Below are positions 12,761 through 25,335 of a stretch of 64,000 nt of DNA, piece by piece. The position numbers and the translations under genes were made by a program. This stretch comes from the human T2T-CHM13v2.0 reference genome, Homo sapiens: NCBI RefSeq assembly GCF_009914755.1, contig NC_060931.1; one strand, given 5' to 3'. Within the stretch, counting starts at the first letter, position 1. Each line of letters begins with the position of its first letter. The notes under the pieces were generated by a model, which did not search any database, was not told the DNA's origin, and worked only from the letters and a program-made list of their open reading frames with translations.

Positions 12761-13319
12761 TCCCGGTTCCATTGTCTTCTCGATTAAAGCTTTTATCACC
12801 CCAAAACAGAAAGCTTAAAATAGTTACATTGCAGCTTCATATTCCTGTCTCTATAGTCTTTTTTCTGAAAGCCACCTTGCAAAAGATCTTTAGGTTTGCC
12901 ATCTTAAACCACTGTTTTAAAACCATATGTCTCTTGTCGAAAACCATCATGGGATTGCTATTATCTACTGAATGAGAACTGGGCTCCTTATTCTGACAGC
13001 CAAATTCTCCATAAGCCAGGCTTAACCTACCTTTAAAGCTTGTGCTCATGTCAAGCACACTACTTGCTGATTCCAAAATTTGCCTTGATTTTTTTTTTAT
13101 GAGTGTGCACTTTTGTTTTGCCACTTTAGATTTCTGGAATTAATTCTTCTACTTCTATATTCCATCTTTTAAAATTCTACTCAATCTTTAACAGCCAACT
13201 CAAACAACTTCAGCATTAGCCTTGAGGTAGAGGTGTGACCAGGTCCATCCAGGTGGGGCACTGACCAAGAAAGAAAAAGAAGGAGGCAGTCGAGGGACAT
13301 CTCTGAAGGGGCATAAGAT

Positions 13320-14360
13320 TTATGTCCAACAAAGACATGGATGCTAGCTAATACCATGGGATTGCTTAAGGTGAGTTGTAAAAGTGAGCAGAAGAGAGAC
13401 TTGACATGGCCTGAAGGCAGGCTAATAGTTATCTTGGGAGTAGGAAGAAGAAACATGCAAAAGACACCAGCAAGTTGTGGTCAAATACAGGAGAAAAGCC
13501 AGGAAAATGTGATATGATACAAGTCAAAAGAAGAAAGTTTTTCAAGAGGAATGTAGTATTTGATATTTTCCAATGTTCCTAAGAAATCAAAAGAGATGAA
13601 AATCAAAAACAAAAACAAGTGGGTGGTGGGGAATAGAATTTAGTGACATGGGCCACTGGGAACATTGATGAGAGCTCTTTTGGTGGAGTGGTAAAGGGTC
13701 AAGCCAGATTAGTGTTGGCTAGTGATCAAGAGATGAAGAAGTGGAGACAGCAAAAATGTATAATATTTCTGGAGAGCTTGTTGTGGCTGAAAGAGAATGA
13801 GGAACGAATCTTCTTTCTTGGGAGTGGCTGGAGGTAGCTTAAAAGCCATTAAAAATATTCAGGTTTAATGGGAAAGTTAGAAGATAATGCAAAGAGAAAA
13901 AACATTTGAGTAAAGTTCCTAAGATAGGGGGAGAGGATAAGCTCAAAAGTCAGGAGATTTAGTGTGAGCAAGGAGCAGGCCACCTCCTGTCTTGCAAAAA
14001 GACAAAGAGTAGACATGGGTGAGGAGAAAAGACATGTGTGTTTGGTGGCTTAGAGCATGTGATTTAGAGATTGAAGAAATGTCCAATTGATGGCATCTAT
14101 TTTCCCTTTGAGATAGTAAGTGACATCAACCTCTGACACCAAGGAAGAAGTGGGAAGTAGTAGGGATGGGAGTTTCAGGAGAATGTAAACGGTTTGAAAC
14201 AGTCATTGCAGAGTAATGTCATTGCAAAGTAATTTGAAAAAAAAATTATTGGAATGCCAGAAAAGAATGTAAATGAAGAAAGACTCAATATGTGGGTTTA
14301 TTAAGGACTGGTTTGTTAAGACCAGTGTGATCAAAATATGGGACATAAGTACATTTAGAA
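13320..14360 (-). mobile_element. L2 fragment
   Basis: Purine-rich antisense L2 (AGGAGAAAAGCCAGGAAAATGTG...GAAGAAAGTTTTTCAAG...TTTAGTGACATGG...TTTGGTGGAGTGGTAAAGGGTCAAGCCAGATT...GAAGTGGAGACAG). Confidence 0.8.
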
Positions 14361-14385
14361 TGTGGCCAAGAATGTTTTTTGGGGA

Positions 14386-14692
14386 TTTTTTGTTTTTGTT
14401 TTTGTTTCTGTTCAGGGATAGAGTCTTACTCTGTTGCTCAGGTTGGAGTACAGTGACAAGATCATGGCACACTGCAGCATTGACCTACCAAGCTCAAGCA
14501 ATCCTTCTGCCTCAGCTTCTCAAACATCTGGGACTACAGTTGTCCACCACCATGCCCAGCTAATTTTTTTGAGTTTTTGCAAAGATAGGGGTCTCACTGT
14601 GTTGCCTAGGCTGATCTTGAACTCCTGGGCTCAAGCAGTCCTCTTGCCTCCCAAAGTTCTGGGATTACAAGCATGAGCCACCACACCTGTCC
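14386..14692 (-). mobile_element. AluJ (Jo/Jr-like)
   Basis: Antisense Alu dimer with J diagnostics GCTCAAGCAATCCT and CTCCTGGGCTCAAGC. Heavily CpG-depleted. Confidence 0.93.
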
Positions 14693-14768
14693 TCAAGATT
14701 GTTATTGGAATGGTGGAATATATATTGTGAAGAGGAAAATGAAGGAAGAAAAGGCCAGTAGGTTTAAC

Positions 14769-14936
14769 AAAAAAAGAAAGAAAGAGAGAAAAAGGAAGAA
14801 GGAAGGAAGGAAGGAAGGAAGGAAGGAAGGAAGGGAGGGAGGGAGGGAGGGAGGGAGGAAGGGAGGGAGGGACGGAGGGAGGGAGATAAGGAGGGAGGGA
14901 GGGAGGGAAAAAGGGAGAGAGGGAGAAAGGGAGGGG
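14769..14936 (+). repeat. Polypurine microsatellite: (GGAA)8 then (GGGA)6 and further GGGA variants
   Basis: GGAA x8 at 14801-14832 and GGGA x6 at 14833-14856, counted directly. Confidence 0.95.
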
Positions 14937-15119
14937 TGTAATTGGATTGGCAGTCCTGATGAGATTCAAGAAGGGTCTCTGATGCCTTACCTGATTACTC
15001 CCATCTGGAAGCTGTTTTTTATCTAGCTTCCCCAATCACGGTTGTTTGAACTGCTTATTATTGAGATGTTATCCACCATATACTGCCCTATTTCAATATG
15101 GTATGCTAGCTCACTTATG

Positions 15120-15205
15120 TGGGCTGGATGTGTAGTACAAGTGTCTACACACTTAAACTTACTCATGATAGGTAATCAATAAATATTTGTTGAATGAATG
15201 AATAA
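15120..15205 (+). mobile_element. L2 3' terminus
   Basis: TCAATAAATATTTGTTGAATGAATGAAT tail. Confidence 0.7.
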
Positions 15206-16496
15206 GAGAAGGGAAGAAGAACAGAAAGGATGAAAGTAAGAACAATATACTTTAGCTTGGTCTTTTGTTTACAGATTGTTGTCAACACATATCTTACTGA
15301 TTATATTTCCTTTTCTTGCAACTTTTAAGAATGAGTATATGGTATTTTAGTCATTTAGTGATCAAAAGATTGATCAAAAGATTAGATTAGGTTACTCAAA
15401 CCAACAAATGTTTTATTTGACCATTAAACATAAATTTGTGCTCTCTTTTTATTCACAACATGAGGCAGAAAATTGTGAAAGTTTCTAGTAATTACAATTC
15501 AATCCAGAGAGCCAGTCTGGGAGTGAGTCACCCCCTTGTCTGGACAGTAAGTGTCCATTATTTACGTCAATATGCTCTGTGGCTGTGCCTGCAGCTAACC
15601 CTGAATGATAGCAAATGTCTGCTTTTCCAATTCTTTTTCAATTTCCTTCTTTAAGAAGAAAACAATTGAATGTAACAGGATAGAACTACACTGAACATCA
15701 CTATTAAGATAATGGCTTACTGAGTTTGTTGTTCATGACATGAATGCTGTTCCTGTTACACTAATAATTAGCCATCTGCTAAAATGTGAATTTTTCCATT
15801 TTGAGCTATGAATCTGTAAAGAATATGAGCACATTGATTTACTTCCTTTGAATTTTTTTATTACAATTGTATTGATATCTTTCAGTCCAGTTTTCCTTCC
15901 TTAACTTAAACGTATCCCTTTCCTCTTTAAGGATATTTCATGCAGCGTCAAGATACATACAAAGTAAAAAGCTTAAAATTTTTTTAAAAAACTGTCCATT
16001 AGATTGTGAAGTGCTATTTTAGTGACAATACTAAATCGATATTTGTTGTGTTATGGCTGAATTGAGTGAATTTTTCACTTGCCTAGTTAATTTTCTGTAT
16101 GTGAAAAGAGTAGATCTCTTTTACTGAATACATCAAAGTTTACATGCATGATGCCTAATGGCCTAATTGAGGTAAACAACATTACGCTCCATGAGTAGAA
16201 CTTCAGTCTCTTTTGTTTCTGGTACTAAGACTAATTCTTTATTTTAGGAATTATTATTATTATTATTTCGGTCATTATCATCATCATCATCACAATAGTC
16301 ATTATCATATCTGGGACCTCAAGGCCCTTGCCATCACCAGGAGGTGACGATGAGTATCTCTTTTTATAAAGTACTCTTAAAGGCCTCATGATAGATGTGA
16401 TTTAATATACATCCTTCAAGGGGACAAATCCTCCCCAACTGCATTCCTCTTGTTTATCCATTTTTTGAAGATTTTCAGATTTCTAGAGAATAGTTA

Positions 16497-16935
16497 TTGT
16501 GGTGTGGTATGAAAAAGAATGAGGAAAAGATTTGAATTCAGAGTGGTTCAGGTTCAAATTTTGTGTGTATTAGTTGTTTGATTCTGACTAGATTATTTTG
16601 GCTTTGTAAATATCAGTTTCCTCATCTGCAGATTAGGGATAATTGCTACCTGACATGATTCATTTATTCAACATCTGTTTCTTGGAAATCTAGGTACTAG
16701 GTAGGTCCTGTGAACAAGGTAAATGGTTGATGACTTTGTGAAACCTACAACTTATGGAAGACATCAAGCAAATGATTTTAATTTGAGTGGCAGTATATAC
16801 AATGTTTAAGAACTGAAAGTCTGGGCCCTATCTACCTGGGTTCAAATCTCAGCTCTGGCCCTTACTGGCTGCAGCAGTTTAAATTGCCTAATCTTATTTT
16901 GACTCAGTCTCCTCCTCCTTTTATGGATAAAGGTG
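16497..16935. mobile_element. Cluster: MIR(+) 16497-16660, L2 tail(-) 16660-16790, MIR(+) 16790-16935
   Basis: TCAGTTTCCTCATCTGCAGATTAGGGATAAT; CATTTATTCAACAT; CCTGGGTTCAAATCTCAGCTCTGGCCCTTACTGGCTG. Confidence 0.72.
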
Positions 16936-17709
16936 GGTTTTCTTTTTTCTTCTGATGAGAGGACTCAAGTTCAGAAAGCTTGAAATAAAGTTAGGGGTAG
17001 CTCATAACTCAAGATGGCATTTTAAGGAAAAAATACCTTCATCCTTCAGAAACCTGAACAGAAGTGGAAAAATAACTGCAGTTCTTTAAATAAGCTTTTG
17101 AATTTGAAGGTCTGTGTTGGAAACATGACTGGGACACTAAGGTCCAGTTGGAACCACTGAGTCACCACCTAAATGTATGTGTTTTACTGACCTCTGATGC
17201 TGCATGGAAAGACCAGGCTTCATTCAGACATATACATGAAGTAGGACAAGATAAAAAGGAATCCTGATGTGAATAACAGATCAGATACATGCAAACACAT
17301 GATCACACAGTTGGGAACGTGTATTGCTGCTGCAAACATTTTCAGTCTATGAAAATAGAAAAACATTATCCATTCTTTAGAGAGAAGGAAAATAATGAAA
17401 ATGTTTAAAACTTTTTATGATTCAAAATCTCTCTTTTCCTGTCTTAAAATATTCAGAATGCCATTAAATTAAGAAAAATATTTATTGAATATTTAATTTT
17501 GCCAGGATAAAATTTAATTACTTTATATCATGTCATAAAGTTTTACAGCATGTAGTTACTTGTAGCATTTATGACAAGATGAATGAAAAATTTGAGTAAT
17601 TACTTTTTTTGCAATCTTTTTCGTAGTACTTGTTTTGTGCCGGGAACTGTTCTAAGAGTTCTAAGTATAACATTCCACAATTACGTAGGAAGTTAATTGT
17701 TGGTTTTTT

Positions 17710-18245
17710 AATAGATTTCTTTGATCAGATTTAGAATTTTCTCTTCCAGTCCTACTTTGATGGGAGATTTTCAACATTAACAGGTATTGAATTTTGTCAA
17801 ATGCCTTGTCTGCACCTATTAAATGGATCATATAATATTTCTATTTATTTCATTAATACTACTAATTGCAGGGTTGATTGATTTTGTGTTGTCAATCTAA
17901 CTTGGTGTTTCTGGAATAAACTTCACTTAGTCATGATGTATTATCTTTTTCTCTGTTATTAGATTAAATTATCTAGTATTTTGTTTAAAATTTTCATATA
18001 TAATTTTACGTAGAATATTGGTCTATGGCTTCCTTTCCTTACAATATTTTCATCAGGTTAGTAGTAGGGTTATGCAGGCCTCCTGAAATTAGTTCAAAAC
18101 CATTTCCTTTTCCTTAATTTTTGCAAAATGTTTTTGTATCATTTCTATTATTTCATTCTGCAAACTTAATAATATTCATGAGGGGAGGTGTTTGGGCCTA
18201 GTGTTATCTTTGTTTATGATGATGAATTCAATTTATTTAATATAG
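17710..18245 (-). mobile_element. Old L1M ORF2 fragment
   Basis: TTGAATTTTGTCAAATGCCTTGTCTGCACCTATT...CTGGAATAAACTTCACTTAGTCATGATGTATTATC...ATATTGGTCTAT, antisense of the L1 RT N-terminal region. Confidence 0.8.
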
Positions 18246-18251
18246 TGGTTT

Positions 18252-18431
18252 TAGTAGTTCTTAAGTTTTAGTATGCATCACCACCATTGGGAGGGTTGTC
18301 AAAACACAAATTGTTGAGCCTTCCTCAAAGCTTCTGTAGGTCTAGAGTGGGGCCAAAAAATTTGCATTTCAAATAAGTTCCCAAAAGATGCTGTTGCTGT
18401 TGGTCTTCCAACCATGCTTTGAGAACCACTG
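18252..18431 (-). mobile_element. MER5A (hAT-Charlie)
   Basis: Ends TTTGAGAACCACTG. Internal TTTGCATTTCAAATAAGTTCCCA and GTAGGTCTAGAGTGGGGCC. Confidence 0.88.
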
Positions 18432-18525
18432 CTTGCATAGATAGAGGACCATTGAGCTGATGATGCTCTTGGTAAATAATAACAATAAATATTTATTATT
18501 TTTAATTTTAATATGTGTTCCATGC

Positions 18526-18874
18526 TGATACGATTTGTGTCCCCATCCAAATCTCATCTTGTAGCTCCCATAATTGCCATGTGTTGTGGGAGGGACCCAG
18601 TGGGAGATAATTGAATCACGGGGCCAGGTCTTTGCTGTTCTCTTGATAGCGAATGAGTCTTGCGAGATCTGATAGTTTTAAAAAGGTGAGTTTCCTTGCA
18701 CAAACTCTCTCCTCTCTTGCCACCACCAAGTAAGAAGTGCTTTTCACCTTTCGCCATGATTGTGAGGCCTCCCCAGCCACGACGAACTGTGAGTCCAATA
18801 ACCTCTTTCTTCTGTAAATTGCCCAGTCTCGGTTGGGTATGTCTTTATCAGCAGTGTGAAAACGGACTAATACA
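18526..18874 (+). mobile_element. THE1 (A/B-like) MaLR solo LTR
   Basis: TGATA...CCAAATCTCATCTTGTAGCTCCCATAATT...GTGAAAACGGACTAATACA. TSD CATGC / CATAC (4 of 5 match). Confidence 0.95.
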
Positions 18875-21229
18875 CATACCTAGTTTTCTTTTGATTGTTT
18901 TTTCTTAATGGTATATTTTCTCACTTTTTCATGTATTTTGTATTTTTTTTATTGACAGCTTGTCATTGTGTAAGAAAGATATGCTTAGTGTAAGGTCTGG
19001 AGTGCTACAGAATTTTTGTCACTTCTCTTCCTCTACCCTCAGACTTCAACAGGCCTTATTTTCCTGCACCTTACATTGAGTCCTTTTAAGAATGACATCT
19101 TTCCCTCTAGGGTAGACAGATCATCACTGCCTCGTACTTGGTGTAAGGGCCATATTTCAAGAAGTTCTTCTCAATTCTGCTTTTTCCTCATTCTTAGGCA
19201 AACCTTCCTGCATCCCAGTAAAATTCATCTCAATATTACTGATTGCTTGACACCTTATAATTTCCTTGAGACTTACATTTTTGGCTCTTAATTCAAATGA
19301 GTTTTGCCACTGCTCTCTGCTTATTGATAAGATAATTATGTATTCTGCATCTTTGTGTGCTCTCTGGTGATAGATTATAATATAATTGTCCCTGCCAGAG
19401 CTGCTTTAGTTAAGTGCCTGGTAGCACAAGTCATTTTCCTCCCCAAGGGTTTGTAAACTTAATCTTCTAAAATCTTTTTGTTGTCCAGTTACTAATAGAA
19501 TATGCATTTTGGAGAAGGGCAAAAACAGATATACCTAATATTTAGACCTAGTCTCAATGGAGTTCGTCTTTTATGAGAACTTTTATAAAGAAATGGAAGA
19601 AATCCCCTCCCCTTGTTAAATTTAAAACAATGAAGGTTTAGTGGGCCATACCTGCTGTTAGTTTGAAAAACATGGTAAAGAGCAGAATTGACTCTATGCC
19701 TGAATGTTCTCTCCCTTTTACACACATACAAATGTACACACACATTTTACACACATACAAATGTATAACCAGGAGCCTGTTATTGGTTATTTTCACACTA
19801 ATTCAACAGAGTTACATCAAGGATTAAGAGAACTGGAAAGATGTCAAAGGATGGGCTATGCAATGTCTAGTGTCCAGTCTAGCTTTTTATTTTAAGTAAA
19901 AGAGTTGAGAGACTTGAAAAGCAATTCTGCCAAATGAATTTTTAGAAATTTTATTGATGTTTTGCCCGCATGTAATTCAACAGCAGTGTATAAACAATTC
20001 ATCATTACAAAGTTATTTATAAATTTATTCAACATTGTTTTTATGAAACAACAATACCCTTTCTTTAACCCTCATCAAAACAAATGATGTTAGGGACTGT
20101 CAGCTTTGCACAGTGAGTGTATGACACAACTTCTGCTGAAAACGAAACTGAGTGCACTCAAGGAACACAGAGGAGTAGATGGGGTTCCTGGCATGATGTA
20201 AGATAATAATGAAAAATGACTTATGTATTTTTAAGAGTTTCTACTTATTTTATATAACACATTGTAGCAAGAAGTGTTACAGGTATTTACAGAAACGCAT
20301 GATCTCTTCTGCAAGTTTCCCTATAGCAGTTGTTATTGTTGTTGTTGTTACCTTGCAAGAATTCTCCAGCAAACATGTAATATTTTCAACAGGTGCTTCA
20401 TGCTCCTAGTACTTGCTATCCTTGAGCTTAAGGGCCTAAGAGACAGAACCAAATATTTAAAAATTCTAGCTTCCATTGGATGAAATAGAAAACTTCAAAT
20501 TTCACAGGCAGAGCCACAAGGCAAAGATTCTTGGGGATGGGGTGGTCGTAGGGACACTAGAGTGAATCCCTGAGGAATGCAGCTCCTGCTAGATTGATTT
20601 AATTTCATTTTATGATGCTGTGCCCTGCTTTGTATACAAGATACATATAATGAAAGTTGTAATCTATCAACATGGTATCAAATATTTCAAAGCATTTGAT
20701 TTTATCCATTATATGAGTTTTATCTAAATAGAAGTTGGAATCTCTTCTTTTGTCTGATTCTCAAATACTGGTTTGCAGACTTTTCTCCTTGACCTTTTCT
20801 TACTTTGAATGCTTTAAATAGAGAAATAGACCTACTTGCGTGGCCCCAACTACAACAAAAACTTTTATGTTTTTGTCACTCTTATGAGTCCATGCCAATG
20901 GTACACAGCTATATCTCATACAGCATGCTATAAAATGTAATGATTTTTATCTCTAGCTCCCCTAACATGCTTCTTGTCAAAGGTCATCTGTTGAAGCTAG
21001 ACACCTAGGAAACACCATTGACCCCTACTCCTTCCTTACTCTTCACATCCAAATGCTTCTCCCAGACCTCTTGGCTTTATGGCATTTTTTTCCTCAAAGT
21101 TTTGTTACCAAATGAGATGTAAGTGTTTCTAAGGCAATATTTAGAATACCTAAAATGATTAATTATAAAGGGAGGGATTACTGTTAATATGAGTATAGGT
21201 TAATTCTAAAACATAAGAGTTTCATGCAT

Positions 21230-21640
21230 GAGAAGTCTGAAATGAGATTTGAAATATGAGTGAACTTTGGGAGACTGGTATAGGGAGGCAAGGGGAACAT
21301 TTTCACCTAAGATGAGAGAGCTAGGATACAGTCTCAGGAGGACGAGAAGGGCGGCACTGTCAAATAGTGCAGAAAGAATGGGGTGAACCAGGACTGGAAT
21401 GAGTCACAGCATCTGAACCCTGGGGAGTCACCAGTGGTCTTGAGTGAACAGTGTCACTGCAGTTGGACATGAAGCCTCAACTGAAACATGAATTATGAAA
21501 ACAATATGTGAGAATGTAGGAAGAAATTTAATGGTCAAGATAAAGAAGAAACAGAACTGATACCTGCAGAGGAAGTAAAGAGAAGTTTTCCTTAATGAAA
21601 AGCAGTTTTTCAGCCAAGGATGGGAGAAGATAAAATGAGA
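21230..21640 (-). mobile_element. Degenerate L2 fragments
   Basis: GAAATGAGATTTGAAATATGAGTGAACTTTGGGAGA; TGGGGAGTCACCAGTGGTCTTGAGTGAACAGTGTCACTG. Confidence 0.5.
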
Positions 21641-21854
21641 AAGAATAGTAATAATATAGCAAGTTTGCAGATGGAGGCATGGGTTGTGGAATCAGGAGTA
21701 GACATAGAGGTACTATCTTCCAAAGAAGATGGGACAGTTTTCCTCCAAGATCACAGAGAAAAAAAGATGACAACACCTAAATAAATTTGAGGCAAAATAA
21801 ATGTAATATTGAGAGAACTTTTACTATATGGTTCTGATCACTGGAAGCAGGAAG

Positions 21855-22005
21855 TGTGTTGAAACTTAGCTGGGTAGCTTTTAAAAATATTAATGCTGGG
21901 TCATACTCCTAAAGATTTTGATATAAGTGGTCTTATGGGGAGCCCAGATGTCATATTTTTCAGTATTTCCCAGGAGACTCTAATATTCAGTCAGGACCAT
22001 GGGCT
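21855..22005. mobile_element. MER5-family (MER5B/A1-like) fragment
   Basis: TTTAAAAATATTAATGCTGGGTCATACTCC..AGATTTTGAT...TCCCAGGAGACTCTAATATTCAGTCAGG...GGGCTAGA. Confidence 0.65.
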
Positions 22006-22699
22006 AGAGAGAAGGGCTGGGGTGACCATATTTAGAGGCAGTAGAAAAGGTAAACAAGGTGTGAACACCTACAAAGATAAAAGGGTGAGTAAGGAACAAC
22101 ATCTTTTCACTGAAATATTGGAGAAAAAGGGAAGCTGGAAGAGGAAGGTGTAATCAAAATGCAGTTTAATATATTTCAAGTAGATGTGGTTTTTTGCATA
22201 TTCTTTCATCTTATTTATTCACTTTTCTTATCAACTTCCTCCTATTTTCCTTATTTATTTCTAACCCCACCCTTTCTGGTTGCTTTGGCATTCCTTCCCT
22301 CTTTATCATTTACTTTTCTTACATCTTCCATTCTCCACACTTTTTAACTTTTCCTAATTTTTCTGCCCATTAGTTCCTTTCTCCCTTCCTCTAGGCAAAG
22401 TAGCAAAAATAACTTAGGCTAGGCGAGGACAGAAAACAAGACGGTTTTAATAAACGAGCCAAGCCTGAGCCAACTGCAGAATATGGTAGGCCTAGGAGAT
22501 CCTGGACTGGCACAGCGACTACTAAGAAAGTTAAATCAGAAGAAGGCAAAAGGCAGAGTCCCGTGTTATGTCCATTTCCCCCCAGAGGTATGATCCCAGG
22601 TGCTCTGGGGAAACTACAGTTATACCAGTGTCAGGGTATGAAAAAAATACTGGCAATCAGTCCACGCTTTCTTGTGCCAGTGGGTATGACTTGGAGATT

Positions 22700-23170
22700 A
22701 TGCTAGTTAGGACTGTTTCAGTTACAACTGAGAGAAAGCAACTTGAAATAGCTTAAGCTAAGCAGAAAATTACTAAAACAGATATGCCATAGGATACCAA
22801 AGGCAGGTAAAGATGAAAACCAGGAACTAAAATGCTCTCCAGGCTCTTTCATATTTTAGTCCTGTCTTCTGCTGACTTTCTCCTCTCCACTTGCATGCCA
22901 GGGTCCTCCACTGCTGTGGTGGAAATTGTTGCGTGGATAATAGTTTTAGACAAACAAAATGTGAAAGAGAGCGAGGAAGAGAAAGCTAGGCTGTCCTAAT
23001 TTTAGAACATAGAAGAAATCATCCACTGGGTTGAATTGGAATCACCTGTTGACTTTAGCCCTGGACAGTCAGTTTTCAGCTCTTCAATAGCAACATGGCT
23101 GCCACATTTGCACCCCTCAAAGTTAAGGAAGAAAAAAATTGAAGAATCTGAGCCACCAAAAGATCATTGC
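22700..23170 (-). mobile_element. Old MLT1 (J-M group) MaLR LTR
   Basis: GTTAGGACTGTTTCAGTTACAACTGAGAGAAAGCAACTTGAAATAGCTTAAGC and AACATGGCTGCC are antisense old-MLT1 hallmarks. Confidence 0.65.
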
Positions 23171-23252
23171 TTCAGAGACTGTCCCTGAATCTTTTTTGGT
23201 AACTTGTGTTAATTCTCCCAAAGTTTTTCAAAGATAAATAATTAAGAATAAA

Positions 23253-23617
23253 TGATATGGTTTGGCTATATCCCCACCCAAATCTCATCTTAAATTGTAC
23301 CCCCCATAATTCCCACATGTCATGGAAGGGACCCAGTGGGAGGTAACTGAATCATGGGGGCAGTTTCCCCCATACTGTTCTCGTGGCAGTTAATTAGTCT
23401 CAGGAGATCTGATGGTTTTATAAATGGCAGTTCCCCTGTAAAAGCTCTCTCTTGCCTGCTGCCATGTAAGCTATGCCTTTGTTTCTCCTTTGCCTTCTGC
23501 CATGATTTTGAGGCCTCCCCAGCTATGTGGAACTGTGATTCAATTAAACCTCTTTCCTTTGTAAATTAACTAGTTTTTGGTATATCCTTATTAGCAGCAT
23601 GAGAACGGACTAATACA
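23253..23617 (+). mobile_element. THE1C-like MaLR solo LTR
   Basis: TGATATGGTTTGGCT...TTATTAGCAGCATGAGAACGGACTAATACA. Perfect 5-bp TSD ATAAA at 23248-23252 and 23618-23622. Confidence 0.96.
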
Positions 23618-24389
23618 ATAAATATATCTTAACATCCCTTTGGTAGTTTAATACATAAAATTTCTCTGTTTTGAAACAAAAGGAATAATGTATTTCATGA
23701 ATCAAGATTCACCCTAGAAGAATGCAGTAAGTGTACTTAAATGTAAAGGAAACTGAAAAATTACAAATGTGATAAATTTAGACAGGTGCCTAATTTCATT
23801 TATGTTCTGAATGTGAAACAGAAGATGGGGCAGGGCCTCCATAAGTGTGCTGCACACTTTGCCTCACACAAAAGTGAAAGGGAGATCTATTGAGCAGACA
23901 ATCCTGCGCTTGAAGACAGGAGTGGGCATTTACTCTCAACCCTATTTCTTTCCATTCCATCTACTGTTAACTATAAATCATGTGGCTTCACTGGCATTTG
24001 AAACATATGTGCATAAGTATTAGTAATGGTAATAATAGCAGTAGTAACAACAAGAGCAGATTTTCCTATTTGCGTGTTTCAAAATTTGTTTTTTGTGTCA
24101 CTGGTTGAAAAGTCTGAGAATCATAGCTTGCAAGCATTTCATTTACTATTTCATTTATATTTTAGCCTAGTACTAATATAACTGATGGTGAGTACTTATT
24201 GGCAATGAGAAAATAGCAATTTGCATACAATAACAGCTGGAGTTGATGGAAAATTCCAGGAATCATTGTTTTAAGTACACGACAGTGGTAATATGAGATG
24301 CTGATTGGAGTATGATGCAGATCAGATACCTAAGCCAAATTATCTTACTCATTTCCCCTTTGACTCCAATTCTGATTTTACAGATTCTA

Positions 24390-24530
24390 TGCTGGTCTAG
24401 ACTACTGTTGTCTACCACCTGAACCACTGCAGCATTTTCCTAATTGGTTTAGCTACGGCTACTGGGCTCCCTTTCATTTATCCTCCGCAGGGTTGCCAGA
24501 GCAGTCATCTCATAATGCCAGTCTGAACCT
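24390..24530 (+). mobile_element. L2 fragment
   Basis: CACCTGAACCACTGCAGCATTTTCCTAATTGGT...ATCCTCC...GCCAGAGCAGTCATCT. Confidence 0.6.
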
Positions 24531-24858
24531 CCAGGATGAATATGACTATTTACGTCAGTATTTTTTGCTCTCTTCCTGGAATCATCCAAAAGCAACAAGG
24601 AGAGGTTAAAAACTGAACAAAAAAATAATTGAACTTAATTTTCAGTGAATCTAAAAAACAGGTATGATCCGTCAATGCCAAAATATGCATAAAGGAAAAT
24701 ATGCATAAGCTATAGCCCTGTTTGCAGCAGAGAGTATAGGAATGGAGTTATAGCTGGAGGGACTGGTTTGACTCAGAGAAATGGAGGAAGTGAGGCTGCA
24801 CAAAGATTGACGTGTGCAAGCAGCAGTTTCCTTCTGGTAGCAGCAACTGGAGGGGCCA

Positions 24859-25310
24859 TTATATTTATAAAGTAAATAGTATATTTTATATAGTAAAGTA
24901 TTTTTATATTATATATTATATAGAACATATAAAGTATATTTATATGTTCTATATAATATATAAAGTATAAAAGTATATTTATATATTTTATATATTATAT
25001 TATATATTATATATTTATTTATATGTTAAAGTATATTATATATACTTTATATATTATAAAATATATAAATATACTTTATTATATTATATATTATATTATA
25101 TATATTTATTATAATTATATATTATATATAGTATATATAATATATAAAGTATATTTATATATTATAGTCAAGTATATTTTATAAAGAGTGTAATATTATT
25201 ATATATAATAATATTATTATATATAATATATAAATATACTTTCTATATAATATATAAATATACTTTATATATGGTCAAGTATATTTTGTAAAGTAAGACT
25301 GTAATATTTT
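24859..25310. repeat. TA-rich low-complexity tract with internal inverted repeats
   Basis: Almost all A/T. The AAAGTATATTTATATA motif occurs in both orientations. Perfect 25-bp-arm palindrome at 24909-24963. Confidence 0.92.
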
Positions 25311-25335
25311 TCAGCAAACTGCAATAATGAGTGAT

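Noticed and set aside
14631-15035. 134-aa and 117-aa ORFs
   Set aside because: Translations of the GGAA/GGGA microsatellite and the adjacent Alu.
16331-16350. CTCF-like motif CACCAGGAGGTGA (also weak matches near 32355 and 41868)
   Set aside because: Several mismatches at informative positions; not supportable without a PWM scan or ChIP data.
18526-23617. Two co-oriented THE1 LTRs as ends of one provirus
   Set aside because: Each has its own TSD, they look like different subfamilies, and the intervening DNA is unique/L2/MER5/MLT sequence, not THE1 internal sequence.
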